A stretch of DNA of 40,387 bases from a virus (taxonomy: Duplodnaviria > Caudoviricetes). Where the stretch lies: IMG/VR virus record IMGVR_UViG_3300017540_000009, positions 1 through 40,387 of that record; one strand, given 5' to 3'. Positions 26,009 through 35,324 of this stretch are shown here, in pieces; the stretch's first letter is position 1; every line of letters begins with the position of its first letter. The position numbers were made by a program, and so were the translations under genes. Below the pieces are notes generated by a model. That model was not told the DNA's origin. It saw only the letters and a list, made by a program, of their open reading frames with translations, and ran no database searches.

Positions 26009-26287
26009 TTAGAATAAAGCCTGCTGGACTGCATGTTGAAGTGCAGCCTCACTCTTATTGGAAAGATCACCTGAAGCCAATTCAGCCTGTAGTTGCTTTA
26101 GACCCTGCGCCTTTATATTCCGTTTTAGAACGTCAAGTGCTCGTTCTTTGGCATTCTTCATTTGGGCAAGGTTTAATCCTTTCTTGAGCGTACGGCTTCT
26201 TTTGGCTAATTCTTGTAACCGTTTGGTCAGTTCCGAATCAAGCATATTTGCTGTAAGACGTAACCGAGTTGATGCTTGAATTTCCAT
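26009..26287 (-). CDS. Small helical protein with MEIQASTRLRLTA leader
   Basis: 92-aa ORF carrying the shared N-terminal motif. Confidence 0.75.
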   Translation of the reverse strand: MEIQASTRLRLTANMLDSELTKRLQELAKRSRTLKKGLNLAQMKNAKERALDVLKRNIKAQGLKQLQAELASGDLSNKSEAALQHAVQQALF

Positions 26288-26289
26288 TC

Positions 26290-27570
26290 TTATTTACCCT
26301 GTAGGATGAATGCAATCTTGCGAAGTTGTTGATCGGTTAAGCCAAACTTATCACGCATGAACTCAATGTCGTAGAGGTTCAGTTGCAGGCCACCTTGTGT
26401 ACCATGAATAGTAAAGGTTACAACATACTGCGGGCCCTCTTTGGTAACCTTAGCGCGAATCTTGGCACCTTTCTGCTTTTGCAGTAGTTCTTTTAATTCT
26501 AGGTGTAGTTGTTGTGCAACCTTAAGGGCTGATTCCTTATTCACACCTGCATTCTTACGAAGCTTAAATCGAATGGCATCATCGGTAACGGCTACCGATT
26601 CGATGTAATCTCGGTAGCTGAATAGATCCTTCTTCAGTACATTAGGATCAACCTTCAGTTGCAGAGCTAGAGGGATAACACCTAATGAGGATGAAAAATT
26701 CTCTAGATCCAGAAGGTTAGCGATGGCGCGTACTGCCTGCTGAACATTAGAAACTTCAATACCTGCACCGGAGGTTTGGAGCCTTTCAGGTAGTTCGTAG
26801 TCATGGCTCAAATAAACCTTGACCGAGGCATCCTCATCAACAGAACCCATCACCCATTGAACAGCTACGTAAAGAGTATTCGCTACTTCACCATCTGCAT
26901 TCATTGCATTCTGAAGCATAAGGTAATTGGTGAATACAATAGAACCTTTGGGTGAAATGTTGATGTACAGGAATGAATGGTTATCAGAATGAATTACATG
27001 TTCCGAAACTTCAGTAGCCAGAGCATCCACGTATTGTTGGAATTGCTTTGGTACATGTGCATTAGCCACTGAATTCAGAAATGCAAAGGCTTCTTGCATT
27101 TGAGCCTTAATGGCATTCTTGATGAATTGAATCTCGTTCCGAGCTTTTTCAGTTTGGCTAGAATCCGCAAACTGCATACCCATTTGAGTTTCAATTGATT
27201 CCAGAGCCTGCCATTTTTGGTGCAGGTCGTCCAAAATCTGATATTGTGCCTTTAGCTTTTTCAGATTGGGAACAATCACCTTCTCAGCCTGAGGATCAAT
27301 CTTTCTCTTAAGCCTTGAAAGTGATTTCTTATTTGCATCAGGTGTAATCTTGAAAACTTCTAAAGCAGACTGAACCTTGACTTTAGAATCTAATGCGGCT
27401 AGTACAGATTTTGCCGATAAAGCCTTCTTGGTAAAATCGGTAGGTCGTTGTAGTTTGGCTAGGAGCTTCACCTGTTGGTTTAGGACTTGAGCTGATTCCC
27501 TCAAATCCGTTTTCATTTTTCCAAGATACTTGATAATATCTTCAACGTATCGAAACTTAGGTAGTTCCAT
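26290..27570 (-). CDS. Hypothetical protein (probably virion-associated)
   Basis: 426-aa ORF in the structural operon with AGGA RBS. Confidence 0.7.
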   Translation of the reverse strand: MELPKFRYVEDIIKYLGKMKTDLRESAQVLNQQVKLLAKLQRPTDFTKKALSAKSVLAALDSKVKVQSALEVFKITPDANKKSLSRLKRKIDPQAEKVIVPNLKKLKAQYQILDDLHQKWQALESIETQMGMQFADSSQTEKARNEIQFIKNAIKAQMQEAFAFLNSVANAHVPKQFQQYVDALATEVSEHVIHSDNHSFLYINISPKGSIVFTNYLMLQNAMNADGEVANTLYVAVQWVMGSVDEDASVKVYLSHDYELPERLQTSGAGIEVSNVQQAVRAIANLLDLENFSSSLGVIPLALQLKVDPNVLKKDLFSYRDYIESVAVTDDAIRFKLRKNAGVNKESALKVAQQLHLELKELLQKQKGAKIRAKVTKEGPQYVVTFTIHGTQGGLQLNLYDIEFMRDKFGLTDQQLRKIAFILQGK

Positions 27571-27584
27571 TATTCAGTCCTATA

Positions 27585-28850
27585 TTATGTTCTGTATGGT
27601 CCGCGTTGGTTGTCTCGAACTTCCACGGTAGTTCTATTCTTAGTAGGTATCCTTCCTCGAACAGGGAGAAGTCGTTGAGGTTCACCTGGTTGAAGAACTC
27701 TAACGTTAGTTTCCCAACCTAAAGTTTTTCTGTTCCGCGTATTCCATATAGGTGTACCTTGTACGATGTAATGTTTGCCATATGTTGAATCTGTAATTAT
27801 GTCCTCACTAGAAACGGTAACGATATTAGGGCTCAACACTATCTGGAAAGGCTCAGTTTGATCCAATTTGGAAATATCGTTGCCGTTAGTAATACGTGGG
27901 AATTCAAACCACATTGATGTTGTACTGGTATTAAATTGAAGTTCAAAGTGCGTCCAAGTCTCATCATCAGGTATGTCAAAGTTAGGACTTCTAGGTACAA
28001 CCCGTAGATCATGAGGCTTACCATCGCATAGCTGAACCAAACCTGCTCGACTTTCAACCTTTACTGAGTCGATATACATATCGAAACCCTTAGGCCTATC
28101 ATAGTCAAATAGTTGGATCGAATCCATGTAAAGAACTGACTTTGGTAACGTTACTTGAGTTCTGAATTCTCCGTAGCCTACGAAAGGTCTTTGAGAAGGA
28201 TCCAAGTGTCCATTGCCTAAGAACTCACAATCTTGCGGAGTTATGATAGTTCTAACTGCATTTGTAGGAAGGTAGCCTCCGATAAAACCGGTTCCAAAAC
28301 AAATCGGGCAGGCATAGTCATTAGCACCAAATGAAACATCATCAAAGTCAGAAAGTAAGGCATCTAGGTCTTTATCTGGTTGGTACCCATTGTCACCCAT
28401 ACCCGAATGTTCAACTACAGAGTTAGAGTAATCAAACTCGTTACCTACGAGGTCAAAACTATTACCTCTAAACTTTTCTGAACCTCCTGGGGAAGTAACG
28501 ACAAAGGGTTCATTAACCCGCTCAACAGGGCGTTGGAAAGCATCTTCACCATAAGGAACAACTCCGAATTCCTTACCTGTTAGCAATTGGTTAATTACAC
28601 CCTTGTCGGCTTTACCAGCTTTATCAAGTATAGTATTTACGATAGCTTGTGCGCCCTGACAACTGCAATTCCTACCACTGTGCATACGTTGGTACAGAAT
28701 TCCTTGGTAACCTTGAACCTGGAAAGCAGAAAGGTATCGGCGTTGCTGTACATCAACAATACCATCTAGGGCTTGTTTGGCAACGTCAACTGCCCGTGCG
28801 TTCGCAGGTAAGACCCTGTTGTTGGTTCTGTTTGCTGAATAGAAAGGCAT
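27585..28850 (-). CDS. Zn-binding virion protein, possible neck or head-closure protein
   Basis: Split Cys pairs CSC ... CPICFGTGFIGGY, as recalled from neck proteins of large myoviruses. The function is inferred. Confidence 0.5.
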   Translation of the reverse strand: MPFYSANRTNNRVLPANARAVDVAKQALDGIVDVQQRRYLSAFQVQGYQGILYQRMHSGRNCSCQGAQAIVNTILDKAGKADKGVINQLLTGKEFGVVPYGEDAFQRPVERVNEPFVVTSPGGSEKFRGNSFDLVGNEFDYSNSVVEHSGMGDNGYQPDKDLDALLSDFDDVSFGANDYACPICFGTGFIGGYLPTNAVRTIITPQDCEFLGNGHLDPSQRPFVGYGEFRTQVTLPKSVLYMDSIQLFDYDRPKGFDMYIDSVKVESRAGLVQLCDGKPHDLRVVPRSPNFDIPDDETWTHFELQFNTSTTSMWFEFPRITNGNDISKLDQTEPFQIVLSPNIVTVSSEDIITDSTYGKHYIVQGTPIWNTRNRKTLGWETNVRVLQPGEPQRLLPVRGRIPTKNRTTVEVRDNQRGPYRT

Positions 28851-28859
28851 TTTGGATCC

Positions 28860-31199
28860 TTAAGTAGCGAACAACGCAAATCTCTTATCAGTAGCTATTT
28901 GTTGCTCACTAGCAGTTAGAGAATTAAGTTGCGCCGAGGTTAAGAAGATTCGCTGGGCTGGTTTATCTGAAGGTACTGTACCTAGGGATTGGAACAATAC
29001 GACTATAGCATCCTTGGTTAGTAGTGTATCCGAAATATTGAAGCCTCGATCGTAACCAGTGAGAATCAATTCTTGGAGACTCACACATCTGTCCACAATC
29101 AGGGAGTTGGTTAAGGATTCATAACTAGAACTTGGCTCTATAAAGGTAATATTCAACGATTGAAGACTCGAACAATCATAGAAAGCAGAATCCCATCTGT
29201 ACGGATTCTTTGCCTCAGGTATAGTAACCTGAGTAAGGCTTGAACACTGGGTAAATATCTGTGAGTGATCAGAATTACCAGAATAGTCCATATCAGGCAC
29301 TTGACGTAGAGCCGTGCAACCTCTGAATAGGAAACCCATATCCGCTTCTGCTGGAACCTGTATTAGATCAACAGACTCTAATGAAGTGTGGTATTGGAAC
29401 AATCCAGAAATAGAACTATAACCAGGCAATGAAACTCTACCAATATGCTTTAAGCCTGCAAGACTCGATGAAGTTGGCTGAATTTGGAATTGACTTCCGT
29501 TTGGAAATTCAAGGGCAAGTATTGATTCTACCGTTGGGTTACCTATAATGGTTTTCAATCCACCTGAGCCAACGCCACCTGTAAAGGTGAAGGTACCTAC
29601 AGTTTTCAATCCGGAAGCACTCAGTAACTCATCATTCAAACTGGTTACAGTTGGAGTATTTATATCACCTATTGAGGTACATTGGCTAAACCAACCAAAT
29701 ATGCCACCTGAAGCTTTTGGTATTGATATGTTTCCAACAGAGACTAAAGAAGTACACCCTAGGAACATAAAATTTGTCGTTGTATACTCAACATTAGGTA
29801 AATCAATGTTACCAACGTGCTGAAGCAGTGCGCAGTTATTGAATACTGAAGAAGCTGAAATAGCAGCCGGGAACGACAAATCACCAATGGTTGAAATCTT
29901 GGTTGATGCAACAAACCTGGAAATGTTCGTAGCTTTACTCAAGTTGTAGTTCGGGAATTCAGTAATCGAAGTGCCAGAAAACATTGAGCTAACGTTGGTA
30001 GCATTAGAAGTATCAAATGCCGGAATAGTGCTCAATGCCGAACAATTATTGAACATTGAACTAAAGTTGGAAACACCTGAGGTATTATAGTCTGGTACAA
30101 CACCTAACTTGGTACAACTACCAAACATTTGGTTCATCAAAGTAGCGGCTGAGGTATCTAAAGTGGGCGCTACCAGAAGACTCTGGCAATTGAAGAACAT
30201 CGAATTGAAATCATTCACGAACGACGTATCCGATATCTGGACATTCTCCAATTTGGTGCAGTTGGTAAATGTACCCGAAACGTTCCGTAGTTTTGAGGAG
30301 CTAGTCAACTCAACGGAAACCAAAGATGTGCAACGAAGAAACATGTTTCTGGTTGTAGATGCCTCACCTACATAGAGTGTGGCTGAAATCAAGTTTACTT
30401 GATCGGTAAACTTTCCTTCAAAAATAGTTATTTGATTTAGGCCCCACTCATGAATATTAACCAATTGGGTAGAACCAAAGTCAAAGCTACTCATCAGGTT
30501 ATAACGAATGGTTACCGTATGAGTTCCTGGTGTGGAATACCCGTGGCTCATCGAAGTACCAGAGGTACCATCGCCCCAATCAATCCAGTAATCGGTCATA
30601 TCTGAATCTAATATGACATTAGTACTCGAAGTGTCAAACCTCAGAACATTTGAACCGATTACCTGCTCGTTAAAATACCCATAAACCTCTACCACGGTAG
30701 GGTTTCCATCTGAATACAAGGATTGGATAGAAGCATAATCACCACTGCTATACCAACCTAGAAGATCAGAGAATGGGAATTCTTCACTTAGTGGAAAATT
30801 GTAAGAACCAAACTTTATGGCTGTTACTATAGGTTGCTTTGCAGGATCTACCAAGGAATGTTGAACTACAATATCTGCTTGCCTAGTGTTGGGCTGTGGT
30901 TCACCAAAGAGGGTTATATCATTTATAGATGTTTGAAAACTTGAATCTACACTAGACACATTGATGTTAGGGTGAACATAGGTAACCGTCGCGGAACCTA
31001 CAAGGGAACCTCCTGTGATAGGTTCAAACATACCTGATTGAGAATATTCGGCATTTTCCCCTAATACCAAAGAGTCTCCATAAGCATCTATTAAGAGCTG
31101 AATATAGGATTGAAATCCTGATTCTACTGTATACCTGAGCAACAACTCATCGGTAGATTTAGGATGCCATGGAACAGAAGCGGTGATTCCAGTAATCAT
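28860..31199 (-). CDS. BspA/DUF285-type leucine-rich-repeat protein with PKD-like domain
   Basis: IDWGDGT...SHGYSTPGTHTVTI (PKD-like) followed by many MF.NC.SL..P..DTS repeats. Confidence 0.85.
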   Translation of the reverse strand: MITGITASVPWHPKSTDELLLRYTVESGFQSYIQLLIDAYGDSLVLGENAEYSQSGMFEPITGGSLVGSATVTYVHPNINVSSVDSSFQTSINDITLFGEPQPNTRQADIVVQHSLVDPAKQPIVTAIKFGSYNFPLSEEFPFSDLLGWYSSGDYASIQSLYSDGNPTVVEVYGYFNEQVIGSNVLRFDTSSTNVILDSDMTDYWIDWGDGTSGTSMSHGYSTPGTHTVTIRYNLMSSFDFGSTQLVNIHEWGLNQITIFEGKFTDQVNLISATLYVGEASTTRNMFLRCTSLVSVELTSSSKLRNVSGTFTNCTKLENVQISDTSFVNDFNSMFFNCQSLLVAPTLDTSAATLMNQMFGSCTKLGVVPDYNTSGVSNFSSMFNNCSALSTIPAFDTSNATNVSSMFSGTSITEFPNYNLSKATNISRFVASTKISTIGDLSFPAAISASSVFNNCALLQHVGNIDLPNVEYTTTNFMFLGCTSLVSVGNISIPKASGGIFGWFSQCTSIGDINTPTVTSLNDELLSASGLKTVGTFTFTGGVGSGGLKTIIGNPTVESILALEFPNGSQFQIQPTSSSLAGLKHIGRVSLPGYSSISGLFQYHTSLESVDLIQVPAEADMGFLFRGCTALRQVPDMDYSGNSDHSQIFTQCSSLTQVTIPEAKNPYRWDSAFYDCSSLQSLNITFIEPSSSYESLTNSLIVDRCVSLQELILTGYDRGFNISDTLLTKDAIVVLFQSLGTVPSDKPAQRIFLTSAQLNSLTASEQQIATDKRFALFAT

Positions 31200-32171
31200 T
31201 TAAAGACCTGCCACTTGACCAAAGAGATCAAAAATGTTAGTAGCCACACATTTCAGGGTAACAGTAGCCCCTATCCCTGCAGTAGTGGTACTACCATTAA
31301 ACGGAGGATTTAAGGTAACCCCAGTATTGCCAGAAAAGGTAATGGTACCTGAACCAGCCTGTCTGAAATGGAACTCATCACCTACTGTTGCCGAAGTAGG
31401 TGGAATGTTTACTATAATATTGGAAGAAGCAGTACTTCGGATATAGGTATTACGCTGAATAACTCCAGAACCTACAGTAGCGTTGGCAGAAATAGTGGCT
31501 ATCGGTATATTAGGTAACTGGGATAGTATCAAACGTTTACTAGAATCAAGGCGTGCCGCCATGTTAGCGGAACCCAAATCTTTGGTACTCAATTGAGTAG
31601 CCCAAGGTGTCCATACACCGTTGGTGGTTAACCCACGAATATAGACTACGTTGGTATTGGTAGCTACATAGGTTTGAGCAACTACGGTGGATTGCTGGCC
31701 TTCAGTGAGCCAAGAGTTGACGGTAAGATACCCCGGAGCCACAACTGGGTAATTTGAACCCGATTGTGCTATTTGAAGAGTTGCCACATACCAAATACCT
31801 CTTTTAGATAAAGCATTCAAGGATTGGTTCTCAGGCATTTCGAACCAAGGAATACTATAGTTATCAGGTAGGTACACAGGATCTACCTTACTCGCGCCAT
31901 CCAAAGGAGTAACGCCATAAGGGCCTATATTGGCAGGTAGAATGATGACCTTACCTTCAGCGTCTGGGAATTGACCATTTACTGATTTAACAGTACCTAC
32001 CTGGTCTACTGCATCCTTGGAAGCAATCAGAATCACTTCACCTAATGAATTCTTGGTGTAAAGTTTCCCATCTGCAAAGTTTACCGCTAATTGTCCTGGA
32101 AGCAATTCAGAACTAGCAGGTACTAATCCTGCTGTGGAGGATTTTAAATGCCTTAGCTTAACATTATCCAT
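31200..32171 (-). CDS. Short tail fibre protein with knob domain
   Basis: The start is reassigned to ATG 32171. It has the N-terminal GQLAVNFADGKLYTK fibre motif and an NYP...PGYL.V...Q.Y...Y.R...WTPW (pyocin-knob/gp37-like) domain. Confidence 0.8.
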   Translation of the reverse strand: MDNVKLRHLKSSTAGLVPASSELLPGQLAVNFADGKLYTKNSLGEVILIASKDAVDQVGTVKSVNGQFPDAEGKVIILPANIGPYGVTPLDGASKVDPVYLPDNYSIPWFEMPENQSLNALSKRGIWYVATLQIAQSGSNYPVVAPGYLTVNSWLTEGQQSTVVAQTYVATNTNVVYIRGLTTNGVWTPWATQLSTKDLGSANMAARLDSSKRLILSQLPNIPIATISANATVGSGVIQRNTYIRSTASSNIIVNIPPTSATVGDEFHFRQAGSGTITFSGNTGVTLNPPFNGSTTTAGIGATVTLKCVATNIFDLFGQVAGL

Positions 32172-32173
32172 TA

Positions 32174-32587
32174 TTAAACCACTATAGAATCTGCATTGAT
32201 AAACAATTGATCTAAATCTTCTGAGGTTAGACCAAACAGTTGGGACATTTGAATCAACATTGGTGAGTGTCTTTGAAATTCCTGTAGTTCTAACCAAGCA
32301 TTCTTGTATGTTTCAGATACCTGGTCAGAAGCCATCAGAGATTCTACAGCCTCGAATAGGGATTGCCCCGATGGTAATACCCATTGCCGCATAGCTTCGC
32401 GGCCTTGGAATCTCGATACTACACTAGGAATTATTCGAGGTTCTACCCAAGTACCATTTGAAGTAGCTACCCAGGTTGGGTGTGTTAAGGGCCTTTGGGT
32501 CAGCATCTGAACCCAATCGGAACCAGGACATTCCCCGCCTATTTGTTGAAAACTAGAGCCTACTTGGGCCCATACTTTAGAAATCAT
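32174..32587 (-). CDS. Probable tail fibre assembly chaperone
   Basis: Directly downstream of the long fibre, with a VSRFQGR.A...W....F.R.SP......LGLT.E.LD.LF..A pattern. Confidence 0.7.
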   Translation of the reverse strand: MISKVWAQVGSSFQQIGGECPGSDWVQMLTQRPLTHPTWVATSNGTWVEPRIIPSVVSRFQGREAMRQWVLPSGQSLFEAVESLMASDQVSETYKNAWLELQEFQRHSPMLIQMSQLFGLTSEDLDQLFINADSIVV

Positions 32588-35313
32588 GTAGCACTCCTAA
32601 CTTTCCAAACCTTCACACGACAAGGTAGTGATCCACCAACTGTTGTCGTATTTCCGTGTACACCTCCGGCTTCCGCAGAAACACCTAACAAGAATTGCTG
32701 ACCTGTTTGTACAATTACAGAATCATCATTCAATTGGTTTGCTACCACACCTCTGGAAGTTGCAGCATAGTACCAACCTGGGTTACCCCATTGACCTTGG
32801 TACAAGACTTCAGCCAAGCATAAGACTTTATAGCCAGGAAATGGATTAGTCTCAACATACCGAGAATTAACTGCAACGTTCGCAGGGCTAGCTGCTGAAC
32901 CACCGTTCGGGTAAATGATAGTGAAGTCAATACTCTGGGCCACAGTTTCAAGGCTTGCCACGTCCGCAGCCAAAGCGGTTACGTCAACGGAGCCTGAATT
33001 GGATATTTCGTCAAAGACCTTGATTGTCCATACTGAAGTAACGTTCAGGGCTCTGGTTTCAGTTGAAGTTCTAGCTACTCTGGACGCGTCAAACGTAACC
33101 AAAGAACCTTGGCCTGTTGAACCTTGGGAACCTTGAGTACCAGAGTTTGTAATGGTAAAGACCCCATCCGCAGACTGCCCTAAACCATAACGCCAAGCAG
33201 CACTGAATAAGGTACCAGTTAAATTCTGCAGGGCATCCCTTTGAATTACACCAGCCTCACCAGCAGATAAAGAACCATCACCTCTTACAGTTACTGCACC
33301 CAAGGAAGAACCTGACTGACCGTTGTGGTCAGCCATCCGGAAGTTGCCCGTAGAAGATTCTACAACAAATTTACCTCGTTGGGTAGGATCTGCTTGCCAG
33401 GTTGCTTCATCTGTAGTAGGTAAGGTGCCTGCTACAAGCAGTTGATAGAAATCAGGATAGGTTGCTTGGCTTAGTTCTTGACCATCCAATGGTAGGAATC
33501 CGCCAGAAATGGCTGACCTACTGGCTGCCACTGAGATAAACCCGATAGGTAACGTGCCACCTTGCTGCCCGCCCCCACCACTAGAAGTAGTACCATAAGG
33601 TACCAGGTCAAATATATTGGTAGCAACACACTTCAATTGAAGAAGCATTCCCTTAGAGGAAGTGCTAGCCGAACCTCCAGAGGGGAAGTTTATAGTAACA
33701 CCGGTATCACCTGAAACAGTAACGGTACCTGTATTGGCTTGGTACAGGTAGAATATGTCTCCAGGTATGATTGTTGGATCGTTAGGAACGGTTACTTCTA
33801 TGTTAGAAGTCGAAGTAGACCTAATGTAAGTGTTACGAACTAATAATCCTGTGTTAAGAGTTGCATTGGTTGAGATTTCACTAACAGGGAGAGTAGGTGC
33901 TTGGGTATAAGGTAATCTAGCATTTGAGTCTAGAGAAGCTATACCACCTGCTACGCCTACAACTTTAGAGGTTAGAACTTGTTCCCAGGTAGTCCAAGTG
34001 GAACCATTACGAATTCTAAACCAATGTTCACTACCTCCAGAAGACGGCCAGGTATGATAGGTTTGGTAAGTAGCGTTGGTATCGAATGATTCAACATTTA
34101 GCCAACCAGGTTGGGAAACTGGATAATTGGTACCTGCCGAAGCACCAGAAAGGCTCCTTTGGTAAAAGTAACCATTGCTGGTATAAGAATCTAGAGTGTG
34201 CGCACCTGTAGGTAATACTTCACGATATACGGTTCTAGTAGCATTTGCCGCTGTTAACGTATTATCCTTGGAATACTGAATTACAATGTCAGGTATATTG
34301 TCCGTGATTGAAACTTCCCAACCAGAAGCATAATCATCTACAGTAGCACCATCTGAATTGTACTTAACCCAGGCTTCAGTAACGGCAACGGCTGGGTAAT
34401 TCCAAACAAAGTTGGCTGATCCAATCCAAATGCCGGGTCTACCTTCCGCAGTAGTACCAAAGGAAACAGGATACGAAGCGGTAAAATCTGAGGCAATAGT
34501 GGTTACGTTTTGCCGTTGCGCAGTCCAACCACCAGAAGACCGAAAGTAACCATGGATCCAAAGTTCAACTGGAGGTTCATCAGGTTTGTAACCGTAGATA
34601 GCAACCTTTAAGCGCATCATGTTATTTCGAGTCTGCATTCGTGCGGGAAGCAGAATCTGAATAGCACCTGTTACCGAAGCATTAGCAGAACTAAAGAAAC
34701 CTCCGCCTGGTAACAACACCTGCGCCATTTGGCTAAGGGGAGTAGTATATGATGCATTTTGACCTATGGCTCCAGTTAGGGTGTTTAGAGTTATAGCGCC
34801 CGTCACGGTGCCGCCAGTCAAAGGCAGGCAAGCAACGTCAGCTTGGGTGTTTAACTGTTTCCAGGGTCCCCATACCTGATTATATTTATTACGGTAGTAT
34901 TTCTTGGCAGAATTGTTTGCGTGGTATGTAGTGTACTCTTGGTAAGCAAACGAATTGCCTCCATCCCCGCTGGTAGTACCAGAATGAACAACCAAGAAGC
35001 CAGCTACTGGGTTGGGATAGTTTGCACCAGCCGCAGCACTTGAAGAATTATTCTGGAAATATAAACCTGCTGTGTTATAGGTATCCAGGTCAGCACCGGA
35101 AGGGATGGCTACAGCACCATAGAAATCTGTTATGTCTGCCCTTACGTGTGTATGATTTCTAGGTTTGGGTTCGACAACGGCGCCTGAGGTATTCTTGAAG
35201 AACAAACGTTCATCTGCCATATTGATGGCTAGCCGGCCCTCGGGCATTGTTTCGGGGGCTGGGGTATCCCCTGGCGTAGACGAACGGAATGCTAGATAAA
35301 TTGGGATGGCCAT
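32584..35313 (-). CDS. Long tail fibre protein
   Basis: GRLAINMADERLFFK N-terminus, two knob repeats (NYP...GFL/GWL...W..W), LPLTGGTVTG, and a tail-collar-like GFLPLDGQELSQATYP...ETRALNV region. Confidence 0.9.
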   Translation of the reverse strand: MAIPIYLAFRSSTPGDTPAPETMPEGRLAINMADERLFFKNTSGAVVEPKPRNHTHVRADITDFYGAVAIPSGADLDTYNTAGLYFQNNSSSAAAGANYPNPVAGFLVVHSGTTSGDGGNSFAYQEYTTYHANNSAKKYYRNKYNQVWGPWKQLNTQADVACLPLTGGTVTGAITLNTLTGAIGQNASYTTPLSQMAQVLLPGGGFFSSANASVTGAIQILLPARMQTRNNMMRLKVAIYGYKPDEPPVELWIHGYFRSSGGWTAQRQNVTTIASDFTASYPVSFGTTAEGRPGIWIGSANFVWNYPAVAVTEAWVKYNSDGATVDDYASGWEVSITDNIPDIVIQYSKDNTLTAANATRTVYREVLPTGAHTLDSYTSNGYFYQRSLSGASAGTNYPVSQPGWLNVESFDTNATYQTYHTWPSSGGSEHWFRIRNGSTWTTWEQVLTSKVVGVAGGIASLDSNARLPYTQAPTLPVSEISTNATLNTGLLVRNTYIRSTSTSNIEVTVPNDPTIIPGDIFYLYQANTGTVTVSGDTGVTINFPSGGSASTSSKGMLLQLKCVATNIFDLVPYGTTSSGGGGQQGGTLPIGFISVAASRSAISGGFLPLDGQELSQATYPDFYQLLVAGTLPTTDEATWQADPTQRGKFVVESSTGNFRMADHNGQSGSSLGAVTVRGDGSLSAGEAGVIQRDALQNLTGTLFSAAWRYGLGQSADGVFTITNSGTQGSQGSTGQGSLVTFDASRVARTSTETRALNVTSVWTIKVFDEISNSGSVDVTALAADVASLETVAQSIDFTIIYPNGGSAASPANVAVNSRYVETNPFPGYKVLCLAEVLYQGQWGNPGWYYAATSRGVVANQLNDDSVIVQTGQQFLLGVSAEAGGVHGNTTTVGGSLPCRVKVWKVRSAT

Positions 35314-35324
35314 TTTAAACTCTT

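Noticed and set aside
28860-31199. Diversity-generating retroelement target or CRISPR-like array in the repeat-rich gene
   Set aside because: The repeats are degenerate protein-level LRRs. No reverse transcriptase, template repeat or identical spaced DNA repeats were seen.
32172-32297. N-terminal extension of the short fibre ORF
   Set aside because: It overlaps the chaperone gene; homology with the other fibres begins at ATG 32171.
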